DNA from: Desulfobacterales bacterium
Lineage (GTDB): Bacteria > Desulfobacterota > Desulfobacteria > Desulfobacterales > UBA2174
Assembly (NCBI GenBank): GCA_963668645.2
Contig: CAXXWC010000010.1
Location: 96,001 to 160,000 of the forward strand
DNA: 64,000 bases
Direction: 5' to 3'
Within the stretch, counting starts at the first letter, position 1, and each line of letters begins with the position of its first letter. The position numbers and the translations under genes are program-made. Shown one piece after another: positions 39,701-49,559 of the stretch. The notes under the pieces were generated by a model. It did no database searches. It saw nothing but the letters and a program-made list of their open reading frames with translations, and had not been told where the DNA came from.

Positions 39701-42700
39701 AACCTCCTCCGACACCGACGGCGACAGCCTGACAGACGCAGAAGAGGTCAATACGTACAACACCGATCCGCTTTCAACCGATACGGATGGAGATGGAATT
39801 CCAGACGATTATGAGATTGCCAACTGGATGGACCCGCTGGTGGATGACAGCGCCGAAGACGCAGACGGCGACGGTCTGAGCAACCTGGAAGAGTACAATG
39901 CCGGCACGGATCCGTTCAAGGCCGACACGGACGGCGACGGGATGCGGGACGACTACGAGATCGCCAACGGTCTCGACCCGTTCGTGGACGACGGGGCAGC
40001 GGACCTGGACGGCGACGGTCTGAGCAATCTGGCCGAATACCAGGCCGGCACGGCGGCCAACAACGCCGACAGCGACGGCGACGGCTATACCGACAATGAA
40101 GAAATCACGGCCGGCAGCGATCCGCTGGTGGCCGCGGACACGCCGGAGCGCCTGGCGCTGATCGCGCTTTACAACGCCACGGGCGGGGCCGGCTGGACAG
40201 ACAACACCAACTGGATGGACCAGGCCGGCTCGGAGTGCACCTGGTACGGGGTCACCTGCGATGGCGGCGGCCATGTCACCCAGATCGACCTTTCCGAAAA
40301 CAATCTTACCGGCCCGCTGCCGCCAGAGCTGGGCGATCTGAAATACCTCGAATCCTTGTTTTTGCAGTCCAACCAGATCAGCGGTGCCGTTCCACCTCAG
40401 ATCGGCAACCTTGTCAACCTGACGCACATGGATTTGTCCACCAACCAGTTTTCCGGTTCGATTCCCGCCGAACTGGGCAACCTCTTGAACCTGCAATCGC
40501 TTTATGCCTCGTTCAACCAGTTCGACGGCACCTTGCCACCCGAATTGGGGAACCTGACGAATCTGCAATCGCTCTACCTGGTGGCGAACCAGTTGACAGG
40601 ATCGATCCCGGCCCAGTTTGCAAACATGGCGGCGCTGACCGGATTGTTTCTAAACAACAACCAGATCAGCGGGACCATCCCTCCGGAACTCGGGAACCTG
40701 GCGGGTCTGCAATACCTCTACCTGAGAAGCAACCAGCTCGAGGGGAGTATACCCGCCGCCCTGGGCGGTCTTACCAACCTTTTGGATCTGGATCTGACCT
40801 ACAATCAACTCAGCGACAGTATCCCTGCAGAACTGGGGAACCTTTCCAATCTGCATCGCTTGGAGCTGGCAGCCAATCAACTGGACGGCGATATTCCCGT
40901 GGAGCTGGGAAGCCTGGCAAGACTAGAAGACATGGACCTGGCATACAACGCGCTCACCGGAAGTATCCCCACCACATTGGGAAGCTTGGCGCTTCTCACC
41001 GGTTTGTATCTCGACAATAATCAACTCACAGGTGCCATTCCGGCTGAATTGGGGAACCTGACGCATCTCAATACTCTCAATCTGCAGTACAACTTTTTGA
41101 CAGGGCCCATCCCTGCCGAGCTGGAGAGCCTGGCAAACCTGGAATACCTTCATATCAACAACAACCAGCTGGACGGTCCGGTGCCGCTGGAGATCACCAA
41201 CCTGACGGCCCTGGTGGACAACGGGAGCGATTTTCGCGACAACCGCCTCTATACCGACGATGATGCCATCCGCAGTTTCATGAACGCCAAACAGATCGAC
41301 GGGGACTGGGAAAGCTCCCAGCTCGGCACGATCACCGTGTCGCTGGCGGCCGGGACCGCGACTGCCGAAGGAGACCAGATCACCTACACGGCGACTGCCA
41401 GTGACCCGCCCCAGGGCAATCTCACCGTAACACTTTCCAACGGCGCCACAATCGACATCGCCGCCGGAACCACCAGCGGAAACGTGGCTGTGGATGCCCC
41501 CGGGGACGATCCCTACCTCGATGCCGAAGACGTTTCGGTCCATATCACGGATGCTGCCAGCGACGGCCAGGACCAGATAGTGATAGACGCAACCCCGGCG
41601 GTCACCCAGATCACCGATACCATCGACACGACCACCGTAGAGCTGTCCGCCCCGGCGCTGGCGCCCGAAGCCGGCCAGATCACCTACACGGCCACGCTTG
41701 ACAATCCTACCCAGGCCGCGCTGGCGGTAAACCTGTCCAACGGGGAAACCATCACCATCGCCGCCGGCGCCGACAGCGGCAGCGTGACAGTCGATGCCCC
41801 CAACCAGGCCGGAGAGGTTCAGGCCCATATTACCGGCACAGGGGCGAGCACCTTCGAACAGCTCGACATTGACGCGACCCCCGCCGTCACCCAGATTTCC
41901 GGCATCCTCGACAGCGATGGCGACGGGATGGCGGACGGCTACGAAAACATCAACGATCTCGATCCGTCGACCGATGACAGCGCCGGCGACCTGGACGGTG
42001 ACGGGCTTTCCAACCTGGCCGAATACCAAGCCGGCACGGCGGCCAACAACGCCGACAGCGACGGAGACAAATTTTCCGATGGGCTTGAGAGCCAAGATCA
42101 GACCAGCCCACTGAATAACGCGGATCACCGGATTCTGCCGCCGGTGACCGGCCGGATTCCGGACACTGGGCAGACGACCTCATACACCACCGTCTTCGGT
42201 GAGGATAACGATTACCTGATCAATCCGCCCGAGTACCTGAAGATGGACGCGGCCGGCAACTACCTGCCGGACAGCGCAACCGCATGGGCGATGGTTTATG
42301 ACGCGGTGACCGGGTTGATCTGGGAGGTGAAGCACAACAGGGACGGGATCCTGAACTATGCGGATCCCGGCGACGGGGACAACACCTACACCTGGTACGA
42401 CAGCAACCCGGCGAACAACGGCGGGGCTGCCGGCAGCCCGGGCGAGGGCACGGACACCGAGGATTTCATCGCAGGGCTTAATGCCGCCAATTACGGGGGG
42501 CATTCCGACTGGCGCCTGCCGACCCGAAAAGAGCTTCGCCGCATCGTGAATTACGGACGCCATGACCCGAGTATCGATACAACCTTTTTCCCGAACACGC
42601 AGCCGGCCCACTACTGGTCGTCGACTACCCACGCCGGTGGTACCGAAAACGCATGGTTCCTGCATTTTCTTTCCGGTTACGCCAACAGCAGCGATAAGTC

Positions 42701-45700
42701 GGCCGGCTACTATGTCCGGGCAGTACGCGGCAGTCCGGCCGGGGAATCGGGGGAGTTGATCATTAACGGCGATGGAACCGTCACGGATGCAGCCAGCGGG
42801 CTGATGTGGGAGCAAAAGACGGACGACGGCGGACCCGGCGACAAAGACGATGCATACACCATGAATGGTTCGCTTTCCTGGGTGGCGAGCTTGAACACCG
42901 CTGCCTATCTGGGTTACCGCGACTGGCGGCTGCCGACCATCAAGGAACTGGACGCCATCGTCGACTTAACCCGTACCACCTCCCCATCCATTGATATGTC
43001 CTTTTTTCCGATCACCAACTGGTCTCATTACCGGTCGTCGACCATCGACGCCAGCGCAACCGAAAACGCCTGGTGCATCTACTTCACCAGCGGCTACGAC
43101 ACCGAACGCGACAGGGGGTTCAACAGCTATGTCCGGGCGGTGCGCGGCGGACAGTCGCAGTCGTTGGATCATTTGATCATCTCCTCACCCCTGCAGGGAT
43201 CCTATTGGGAATTGGGCGATCCGATGACCATCGCCTGGAATACGGCCGGCATCACCGGCGACGTGGTCATCTCTCTTTCCCGCGATGGCGGCAAAACCTA
43301 TACAGAAATTATGGCCTCCACGCCCAACGACGGCAGCTTCGAGTGGACCGTCACCGGGCCGAATTCGTTCAATTGTATGCTGAAGATAGAACCTCTGGAT
43401 GATCCGCAGAAGGCGACGACCCAGGGCCTTTTCACCGTAGATCCGGACAGCGATCACGACGGTATGCCGAGCAGCTACGAGACGGCCAACGGTCTCGATC
43501 CGTCGACCGATGACAGCGACGGCGACCTGGACGGTGACGGACTTTCCAACCTGGCCGAATACCAGGCCGGCACGGCGGCCAACAACGCCGACAGCGACGG
43601 CGACGGGATGGCGGACGGCTACGAGATCACCAACGGGCTCGATCCGCTGGCCGACGACGGCGGGGACGACCCGGACGGCGACGGGCTTTCCAACCTGGCC
43701 GAACAGGATAGCGGAACGGATCCGAACGCCGCCGATTCGGACTCCGACGGTCTTGGCGACGGAGAGGAAGTCAACACGTACGCAACCGATCCTTTAACGG
43801 CGGACAGCGACGGGGACACCCTCTCCGATGGGGACGAAGTCTACACCCATTTTACCAATCCGCTGATGGCCGACAGCGACGGTGATACGGTCGACGACAA
43901 CCTGGAAATCGTCCAGGGGACCGATCCCAACGATGCCGGATCCTTTCCGGCATCCCCGGGCGTATACTATGTGGACATCGACGCCCCCAACGCCGCTGAC
44001 GACGGCCACCACGGCACTTCGCCTGATACACCCTGGCAAACGATCCATTTTGCCATTGACCGGATCAACGCCGGACCGGCCGGCAGCTATACGCTCAACG
44101 TGGGGCTCGGCACCTACAGTATCGCCGCCGGCGAGCCGGACAGGGAGCTGCAAATCACCCAGCCAGGCCTCTCGATCATCGGTGCCAGCGGCAGCCTGCC
44201 CCTGATCGACGGTACCGGCGTGAGCGCCTGGCTCTACGGAATCTGGAGCCGCGCATCCTCGATAAGTATCGAGAACCTGGAAGTCACCGGGGACTTCGAT
44301 ATCGGCATCAAGCTGGAATATACCACCGGCACCGGCAGCATCCGGGATTGCATCATCCACGATCTGACGTACGAATACGCCCACGGCATCGTCCTCCACG
44401 AAGCCGGCGACCTGGTAACTGTCGAGGGCAACCGGGTTTACGGCCAGTATGGCGGCATCGAGGTTGCTGACAGCAGCCCGACCATTGCGCGCAATACGCT
44501 CACCGGCAACACCTACGGGCTCATCGTCTCTTCATGGCAGGAGTTGGCGACTTCCCCGTTAATCGAAAACAACGTCATTACCACTTCGAGTACGGGAATA
44601 CTGATCCAGGCCGGCGACCCCGGCGAAGCCTCGCCGTTGATTTATCACAACACCTTCTACGGCGGCCTTCCGGTAACCGACGGCAACTACACCCATGGAA
44701 TCTTCATCGGCACGGGCAGCTCCCCCACGATCCGATTCAACCTGGTCACCGACTGGGGGACCGGCGTGGTGAACGATGCCTACAATCCCGGCACGCCGAT
44801 TCTCGAATACAACGACGTGTGGAACAACCAAACCGGCTACCAGAACATCGAGGCCGGCGCCAACGACATCACCGCCGATCCGCTCTACGCCGATCCTGAC
44901 GCCGGCGACTTCGACCTTGCCGCGGGTTCTCCGGCCATCGACGCCATCCCGCTGAACGCCGGCGATCCGGTCACAGACGATTATCTCGGCCGCACCCGGC
45001 CACTCAACACCGGATACGACATGGGGGCCTATGAATCGGCGGCCTTCGAGGCGGATTCCGACGGCGACGGGATGCCGGACAGCTATGAAAATGCCAATGG
45101 ATTGGACCCGCAGGTGGACGACAGCGGTGCCGACCCGGACGGCGACGGCCTTTCCAACCTGGCCGAATACAACGCCGGCACGGATCCCAACAATCCAGAT
45201 ACCGACGGGGATACCCTTTCCGACGGCGATGAAGTCAACACCTACGGCACAAACCCCGTGGCCGCGGACAGCGACGGCGACCAGACGGCCGACAACCTCG
45301 AAATCGCCCAGGGTACCGACCCCAACGACGCCGACTCGTTTCCGGTGGCGCCGGGCACCTACTATGTGGACTGCGACGCCCCGGGTGCCGCCGACGACAG
45401 CCTGCACGGCACGGCGGCCGCAACCCCCTGGAAGAGCCTGCACTACGCCGTCGAGCGCATCAACCAGGCAAGCGCGGGCAGCTACACCCTCAACGTGGGC
45501 CTGGGCACTTACAGCATCGCCGCCGGCGAACCCGACCGGCAATTGCAGATCACCCAAAACGAGGTGGTTATCCTGGGCGAGTTGGGCAGCATGCCGGTCA
45601 TCGACGGGACCGGTGCCACCGAATGGATCCACGGCCTCTGGAGCACCTCTCCATCGGTAACCATCGACAACCTGGAGCTGACCGGATTTCAACAGACCGG

Positions 45701-48700
45701 CATCAAGGTGGAAAATGCCGGCGCCGGCGCCGTGCGCGGCTGTGCGGTGCATGATCCTGGCGCCCAGTATACTTACGGCATTCTGGCCAACCGGGTGGGA
45801 GCCTCCGTGACATTGGCGGGCAACCGGGTTTACGGCCTCTATGGCGGCATGGAGGTGGCCGACGGCAGCCCGGTCCTGGCCCGCAACACCATTTCGGACA
45901 ACGACATCGGCCTGACGGTCTCTTCATGGGGCACGGCGACTTCACCGGTCGTCAAGAACAACGTCATCACTTCGGCCGGCGCCTCGGACATCGGTATCTT
46001 CATCCAGGCCAGCAACGGCGGAACCGCATCCCCGCTGATCTACCACAACACGATTTACGGGGCCGCCGGCACCGGCCCGGGCATCAGCATCAACGTGCGG
46101 CCCAGCGGTCTGGACGCGGCCCCGGTAATCAAATTCAACGCCATCAGCGGCTGGGACATCGGCATTGACAACCGCATCGACCAGCCGGGCACACCGGAGA
46201 TCGATTACAATCTGGTATGGAACAACTTCACCGGATACGAAAACACCGCCGCCGGCACCAACGACATCGGCTCCGATCCGCTCTACGCAAATCCTGAAGC
46301 AGGAGACTTCGATCTTGCCGCGGGTTCTCCGGCCATCGACGCCATCCCGCTGAACGCCGGCGATCCGGTCACAGACGATTATCTCGGCCGCACCCGGCCA
46401 CTCAACACCGGCTTCGACATGGGGGCCTATGAATCGGCGGCCTTCGAGGCGGATTCCGACGGCGACGAGATGCCGGACAGCTATGAAAATGCCAATGGAC
46501 TAGACCCGCAGGTGGACGACAGCGGTGCCGATCCGGACGGCGACGGCCTTTCAAACCTCACCGAGTACCAGAGCGGCACAAACCCCAACGCCGCCGACAC
46601 CGATGCCGACGGGATCCCGGACGGCTACGAGATTGCCAGCGGGCTCGATCCGCTGGCCGACGATAGCGGTGCCGACCCGGACGGCGACGGCCTTTCAAAC
46701 CTCACCGAGTACCAGACCGGCACCAATCCCAACGCCGCCGACACCGACGGCGACGGGATCCCGGACGGCTACGAGATTGCCAACGGGTTCGATCCGCTGG
46801 TGGACGACAGCGCTGCCGACCCGGACAGCGACGGCCTTTCAAACCTCGATGAGTACCAGACCGGCTCAAACCCCAATGCCGCCGACACCGACGCCGACGG
46901 GATCCCGGACGGCTACGAGATTGCCAACGGGTTCGATCCGCTGGTGGACGACAGCGCTGCCGACCCGGACAGCGACGGCCTTTCAAACCTCGACGAGTAC
47001 AACAGCGGCGCAGATCCCAACAATTCGGATACGGACGGGGATACCCTCTCGGACGGAGATGAGGTCAACACATACGGCACCAGCCCTCTGGCTGCCGACA
47101 GCGACGGCGATCAGGTGAGCGATAACATCGAAATCGCCCAGGGTACGGACCCGACCGACGCCGATTCGTTTCCGGTCGTGCCGGGCACCTATTATGTGGA
47201 CTGCGACGCCCCGGGTGCCGCCGACGACAGCCTGCACGGCACGGCGGCCGCAACCCCCTGGAAGAGTCTGCACTACGCCGTCGAGCGCATCAACCAGGCA
47301 AACGCCGGCAGCTACACCCTCAACGTGGGCCTGGGCACCTACAGCATCGCCGCCGGCGAACCCGACCGGCAATTGCAGATCACCCAAAACGAGGTGGCCA
47401 TCCTGGGCGAGTTGGGCAGCATGCCGGTCATCGACGGGACCGGTGCCACCGAATGGGTCCACGGCCTCTGGAGCACCTCTCCATCGGTAACCATCGACAA
47501 CCTGGAGCTGACCGGATTTCAACAGACAGGCATCAAGGTGGAATATGCCGCCAGCGGCACCGTGGGCGGCTGTGTGGTGCACGACCCGGCGGCCCAGTAT
47601 GCCTGCGGCATTCTGGCCAACCAGACCGGAGGCGCTGTCACGTTGGCGGACAACCGGGTTTACGGCCTCTACGGCGGCATGGAGGTGGCCGACGGCAGCC
47701 CGGTCCTGGCCCGCAACACCATTTCGGACAACGACATCGGCCTGACAGTCTCTTCTTGGGGCACGGCAACTTCACCGGTCGTCAAAAACAACGTCATCAC
47801 TTCGGCCGGCGCCTCGGACATCGGCATCTTCATCCAGGCCAGCAACGGCGGAACCGCATCCCCGCTGATCTACCACAACACGATTTACGGGGCCGCCGGC
47901 ACCGGCCCGGGCATCAGCATCAACGTGCGGCCCAGCGGTCTGGACGCGGCCCCGGTGATCAAATTCAACGCCATCACCGGCTGGGACATCGGCATTGACA
48001 ACCGCATCGACCAGCCGGGCACCCCGGTGATCGACTACAACCTGGTATGGGACAACCTCATCGGATACGAAAACACCGCCGCCGGCGCCAACGACATCGG
48101 CTTCGATCCGCTCTACGCCGATCCTGAAGCCGGCGACTTCGACCTGGCCGACGGTTCACCGGCCATCGACGCCATCCCGCTGAACGCCGGCGACCCGGTC
48201 ACAGACGATTATCTCGGCCGCACCCGGCCCCTCAACGCCGGGTTCGACATGGGGGCCTATGAATCGGCGGGCAGGGCCAACCGCGCGCCGGATACGCCGT
48301 CGGCGGCAAGCCCGGCAAACGGGGAACTGGTGAGTGCAACGTCGGTAACCCTGACGGCCACCGCCTTCAGCGATCCCGACAGCGACGCCCAGACGGCGAG
48401 CCATTGGAAGGTGCGCCGGGCCGACTGCGTTTACGGCATGCCGGACCTGGATCCTTCTTTTGCCGCCACGAACGGTGCCGATCCCCTCGACCGGCACCAG
48501 GTCTCGGGTCTCGTCGAGGGGATGCGCTATGCCTGGCAGGTGGGCTATGAAGATAGCGTCGGCAACGTCGCCTGGTCCCAGGAAAACACCTTTACCGTCG
48601 GCACGCCCGCCACAGATACCGCCGTGGTGGTAAAAGCCGGCACCACGGTCTCGGACTTCCGGATGGTCTCCTTTCCCATCTGGACCACCGCGGCAGACGC

Positions 48701-49556
48701 CGCCGCAGCTCTGGGCATCGTCTACGCCCCGGACAAGTACCGCATCGGGACCTACGATCCGCTGACCGGGGCCTACAAAGAGGTGGGCGACGGGTTGTCC
48801 CTCGAACCGGGGCGGGCCTACTGGTTCCTGTCCCGCAACGATCTGGCGCCCGAGGTCAAGGGGGTGCCGGTGACCCTGGCCGAGAATGTGGAACTGCGCC
48901 TGGCCTACAACCCGGGCTCAGGCAACGGGTGGAACATGATCGCCACGCCCAACGGCAGCCACTACTACTGGTCGGACGTCCTGGTGATCGAACGCGATGC
49001 CAACGGCAACCCCGTCAACGGCACCCCGGTGTCGGTATCGGCCCTGGCGCCGGACAATGACTGGATCGACGTGCGTCTGTGGAGTTGGGAAAACGGGGCC
49101 TACACCGCCGATACAGACCGGATGACACATCACGGCGGCTTCTGGGTCCTGGCCAAAAAGGAGAATGTCTACCTGCGCTTCGACCCGAGCTGCCAGATCG
49201 CCCGGCTCTCGTTGGAGAAGGTGATGATGGCCGAAGCCGCCCACCGGATTGAACGGCTGATGAAAACAGGTATAATCGGACCGGCGCCGGCATACGCGGT
49301 CGACCTCGACTCGCCGCCGGCCCCCATGAGTGCGCTTGCCGGCAGCAGCGGCTATTCATCATCCGGCGGCGGCGGTGGGGGCGGATGTTTCATCGCTGCG
49401 GCGACCGGCGGAAACGGAACAGGCGCCCTGGCAGAAGCACGCCGATGGACGGGTGCGCCTGGACGCCTCACTGGCGGCTGGGCCCCGGTCTGCGGCCTTG
49501 GGCTCATTCTACTGGTGGCGGTCCTTGCGATTCAGCGCCGCCGCAACAAGCCGTAA
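36711..49556 (+). CDS. Giant (~4280 aa) mosaic surface protein/adhesin: Ig/Fn3-like modules, DxDGDG Ca-binding repeats, LRR, LapA-like Ig repeats, 2x DUF1566-like, 3x parallel beta-helix, C-terminal GGGGG-CFI + TM + basic tail
   Basis: Uninterrupted ORF; signal peptide from ATG 36711 (GGAG RBS); module motifs visible in the translation. Confidence 0.88.
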   Translation: MSRHSSSAGYGLRSILLVLMVVCGLIAPTFWGGNLFAVGEALTFNGSVMHRIGADGNDYTVFDVEMINFSGNLPDDIGQISVTYDNGTGQPVDLGLTKADFTYYSQFNEFYCQTQGAPALGTYTFTVTAGQTESADTDTQTVIRDLPVPYNGSLYPLADSTIYRPRPTFSWQPLAWYTETPLYYRFEIADDNNGNAGERVFATQRHPDMFHFTLDADANPGYPVTIPTLTPGATYWWRVRVTDADSYKATENRHDTEWRKFTMAAAFPAYAQPPFITDDTLGAITYSRPDSDPVLYFWMKVVDNEGIPEGGTTHQVKVATPAGSPAAGMELMLRFYQGLDWDAGLNRYRAAYYESDFIYTGDAEIADFAGDYLFTVTDTSGNSSSFTDNLTVSPVEPVAQASIRIEGQSLDAAPAPPTVTTTPTFTWDPSASPNTSHYRVRIYQNNATTVVWNGITADTTCTVPPGVLETDSTYRFRVEARDGHNGLEMDNWARTPANPEDYFVFYTGQSGASTPFIDLNYHGVFSNTRELYGTSLSFWVKVHDAQGVPGNIKSVKVTWNDGTAQEEHLYYDPNRGGDTTSGIYWCETFHGPSNATYTFIVEDWDGNTNRVTEVLAANPIGFPPAASLGPNPSLNTPLDSTGVNFSWDAVPGAAFYRVRIFDKYSNRYDFNTTDNFLALPPGFLEDGAFYRYKIQSQREFLEENIDNLSESPFDSYDYPDFMTSARAGGTSPPTIDLGDAGACVQVMNVPFLDGAIYVLLLDADVTDPDGVPENIKTVTVTYPDGITTRELSLDDVTGTTAGDYQAQVIVFADPAEIQQGVYTFTVTDFDGNSATVTDTLTVDPLPEAVTPLWPQPDGVAPVTGTAIDWTDVPGAAAYVVEIKKDYEEIHKSEPMTQSYYQVPDGVLADKGTYSYRIFALREDPTTEDVDNVFSTDVASDSEEPHFMALSLVDTDGDGMDDNWEIQWFGNTATAGAATDFDSDALADIDEYANSTNPTSSDTDGDSLTDAEEVNTYNTDPLSTDTDGDGIPDDYEIANWMDPLVDDSAEDADGDGLSNLEEYNAGTDPFKADTDGDGMRDDYEIANGLDPFVDDGAADLDGDGLSNLAEYQAGTAANNADSDGDGYTDNEEITAGSDPLVAADTPERLALIALYNATGGAGWTDNTNWMDQAGSECTWYGVTCDGGGHVTQIDLSENNLTGPLPPELGDLKYLESLFLQSNQISGAVPPQIGNLVNLTHMDLSTNQFSGSIPAELGNLLNLQSLYASFNQFDGTLPPELGNLTNLQSLYLVANQLTGSIPAQFANMAALTGLFLNNNQISGTIPPELGNLAGLQYLYLRSNQLEGSIPAALGGLTNLLDLDLTYNQLSDSIPAELGNLSNLHRLELAANQLDGDIPVELGSLARLEDMDLAYNALTGSIPTTLGSLALLTGLYLDNNQLTGAIPAELGNLTHLNTLNLQYNFLTGPIPAELESLANLEYLHINNNQLDGPVPLEITNLTALVDNGSDFRDNRLYTDDDAIRSFMNAKQIDGDWESSQLGTITVSLAAGTATAEGDQITYTATASDPPQGNLTVTLSNGATIDIAAGTTSGNVAVDAPGDDPYLDAEDVSVHITDAASDGQDQIVIDATPAVTQITDTIDTTTVELSAPALAPEAGQITYTATLDNPTQAALAVNLSNGETITIAAGADSGSVTVDAPNQAGEVQAHITGTGASTFEQLDIDATPAVTQISGILDSDGDGMADGYENINDLDPSTDDSAGDLDGDGLSNLAEYQAGTAANNADSDGDKFSDGLESQDQTSPLNNADHRILPPVTGRIPDTGQTTSYTTVFGEDNDYLINPPEYLKMDAAGNYLPDSATAWAMVYDAVTGLIWEVKHNRDGILNYADPGDGDNTYTWYDSNPANNGGAAGSPGEGTDTEDFIAGLNAANYGGHSDWRLPTRKELRRIVNYGRHDPSIDTTFFPNTQPAHYWSSTTHAGGTENAWFLHFLSGYANSSDKSAGYYVRAVRGSPAGESGELIINGDGTVTDAASGLMWEQKTDDGGPGDKDDAYTMNGSLSWVASLNTAAYLGYRDWRLPTIKELDAIVDLTRTTSPSIDMSFFPITNWSHYRSSTIDASATENAWCIYFTSGYDTERDRGFNSYVRAVRGGQSQSLDHLIISSPLQGSYWELGDPMTIAWNTAGITGDVVISLSRDGGKTYTEIMASTPNDGSFEWTVTGPNSFNCMLKIEPLDDPQKATTQGLFTVDPDSDHDGMPSSYETANGLDPSTDDSDGDLDGDGLSNLAEYQAGTAANNADSDGDGMADGYEITNGLDPLADDGGDDPDGDGLSNLAEQDSGTDPNAADSDSDGLGDGEEVNTYATDPLTADSDGDTLSDGDEVYTHFTNPLMADSDGDTVDDNLEIVQGTDPNDAGSFPASPGVYYVDIDAPNAADDGHHGTSPDTPWQTIHFAIDRINAGPAGSYTLNVGLGTYSIAAGEPDRELQITQPGLSIIGASGSLPLIDGTGVSAWLYGIWSRASSISIENLEVTGDFDIGIKLEYTTGTGSIRDCIIHDLTYEYAHGIVLHEAGDLVTVEGNRVYGQYGGIEVADSSPTIARNTLTGNTYGLIVSSWQELATSPLIENNVITTSSTGILIQAGDPGEASPLIYHNTFYGGLPVTDGNYTHGIFIGTGSSPTIRFNLVTDWGTGVVNDAYNPGTPILEYNDVWNNQTGYQNIEAGANDITADPLYADPDAGDFDLAAGSPAIDAIPLNAGDPVTDDYLGRTRPLNTGYDMGAYESAAFEADSDGDGMPDSYENANGLDPQVDDSGADPDGDGLSNLAEYNAGTDPNNPDTDGDTLSDGDEVNTYGTNPVAADSDGDQTADNLEIAQGTDPNDADSFPVAPGTYYVDCDAPGAADDSLHGTAAATPWKSLHYAVERINQASAGSYTLNVGLGTYSIAAGEPDRQLQITQNEVVILGELGSMPVIDGTGATEWIHGLWSTSPSVTIDNLELTGFQQTGIKVENAGAGAVRGCAVHDPGAQYTYGILANRVGASVTLAGNRVYGLYGGMEVADGSPVLARNTISDNDIGLTVSSWGTATSPVVKNNVITSAGASDIGIFIQASNGGTASPLIYHNTIYGAAGTGPGISINVRPSGLDAAPVIKFNAISGWDIGIDNRIDQPGTPEIDYNLVWNNFTGYENTAAGTNDIGSDPLYANPEAGDFDLAAGSPAIDAIPLNAGDPVTDDYLGRTRPLNTGFDMGAYESAAFEADSDGDEMPDSYENANGLDPQVDDSGADPDGDGLSNLTEYQSGTNPNAADTDADGIPDGYEIASGLDPLADDSGADPDGDGLSNLTEYQTGTNPNAADTDGDGIPDGYEIANGFDPLVDDSAADPDSDGLSNLDEYQTGSNPNAADTDADGIPDGYEIANGFDPLVDDSAADPDSDGLSNLDEYNSGADPNNSDTDGDTLSDGDEVNTYGTSPLAADSDGDQVSDNIEIAQGTDPTDADSFPVVPGTYYVDCDAPGAADDSLHGTAAATPWKSLHYAVERINQANAGSYTLNVGLGTYSIAAGEPDRQLQITQNEVAILGELGSMPVIDGTGATEWVHGLWSTSPSVTIDNLELTGFQQTGIKVEYAASGTVGGCVVHDPAAQYACGILANQTGGAVTLADNRVYGLYGGMEVADGSPVLARNTISDNDIGLTVSSWGTATSPVVKNNVITSAGASDIGIFIQASNGGTASPLIYHNTIYGAAGTGPGISINVRPSGLDAAPVIKFNAITGWDIGIDNRIDQPGTPVIDYNLVWDNLIGYENTAAGANDIGFDPLYADPEAGDFDLADGSPAIDAIPLNAGDPVTDDYLGRTRPLNAGFDMGAYESAGRANRAPDTPSAASPANGELVSATSVTLTATAFSDPDSDAQTASHWKVRRADCVYGMPDLDPSFAATNGADPLDRHQVSGLVEGMRYAWQVGYEDSVGNVAWSQENTFTVGTPATDTAVVVKAGTTVSDFRMVSFPIWTTAADAAAALGIVYAPDKYRIGTYDPLTGAYKEVGDGLSLEPGRAYWFLSRNDLAPEVKGVPVTLAENVELRLAYNPGSGNGWNMIATPNGSHYYWSDVLVIERDANGNPVNGTPVSVSALAPDNDWIDVRLWSWENGAYTADTDRMTHHGGFWVLAKKENVYLRFDPSCQIARLSLEKVMMAEAAHRIERLMKTGIIGPAPAYAVDLDSPPAPMSALAGSSGYSSSGGGGGGGCFIAAATGGNGTGALAEARRWTGAPGRLTGGWAPVCGLGLILLVAVLAIQRRRNKP
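45350..48270 (+). repeat. Near-identical ~1.1-kb direct repeat (45350-46440 and 47180-48270; offset 1830 bp)
   Basis: TATGTGGACTGCGACGCCCCGGGTGCC begins at 45363 and 47193; GGGGGCCTATGAATCGGCGG at 46421 and 48251. Confidence 0.92.
46455..47030 (+). repeat. 144-bp (48-aa) tandem repeat, about 4 copies
   Basis: GCCGAYCCGGACRGCGACGGCCTTTCAAACCTC recurs at 46527, 46671, 46815 and 46959. Confidence 0.92.
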
Positions 49557-49559
49557 CGT

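Noticed and set aside
46455..47030. Regular repeat array as a possible CRISPR
   Set aside because: Units are 144-bp in-frame coding repeats with no unique spacers, and no cas genes are present
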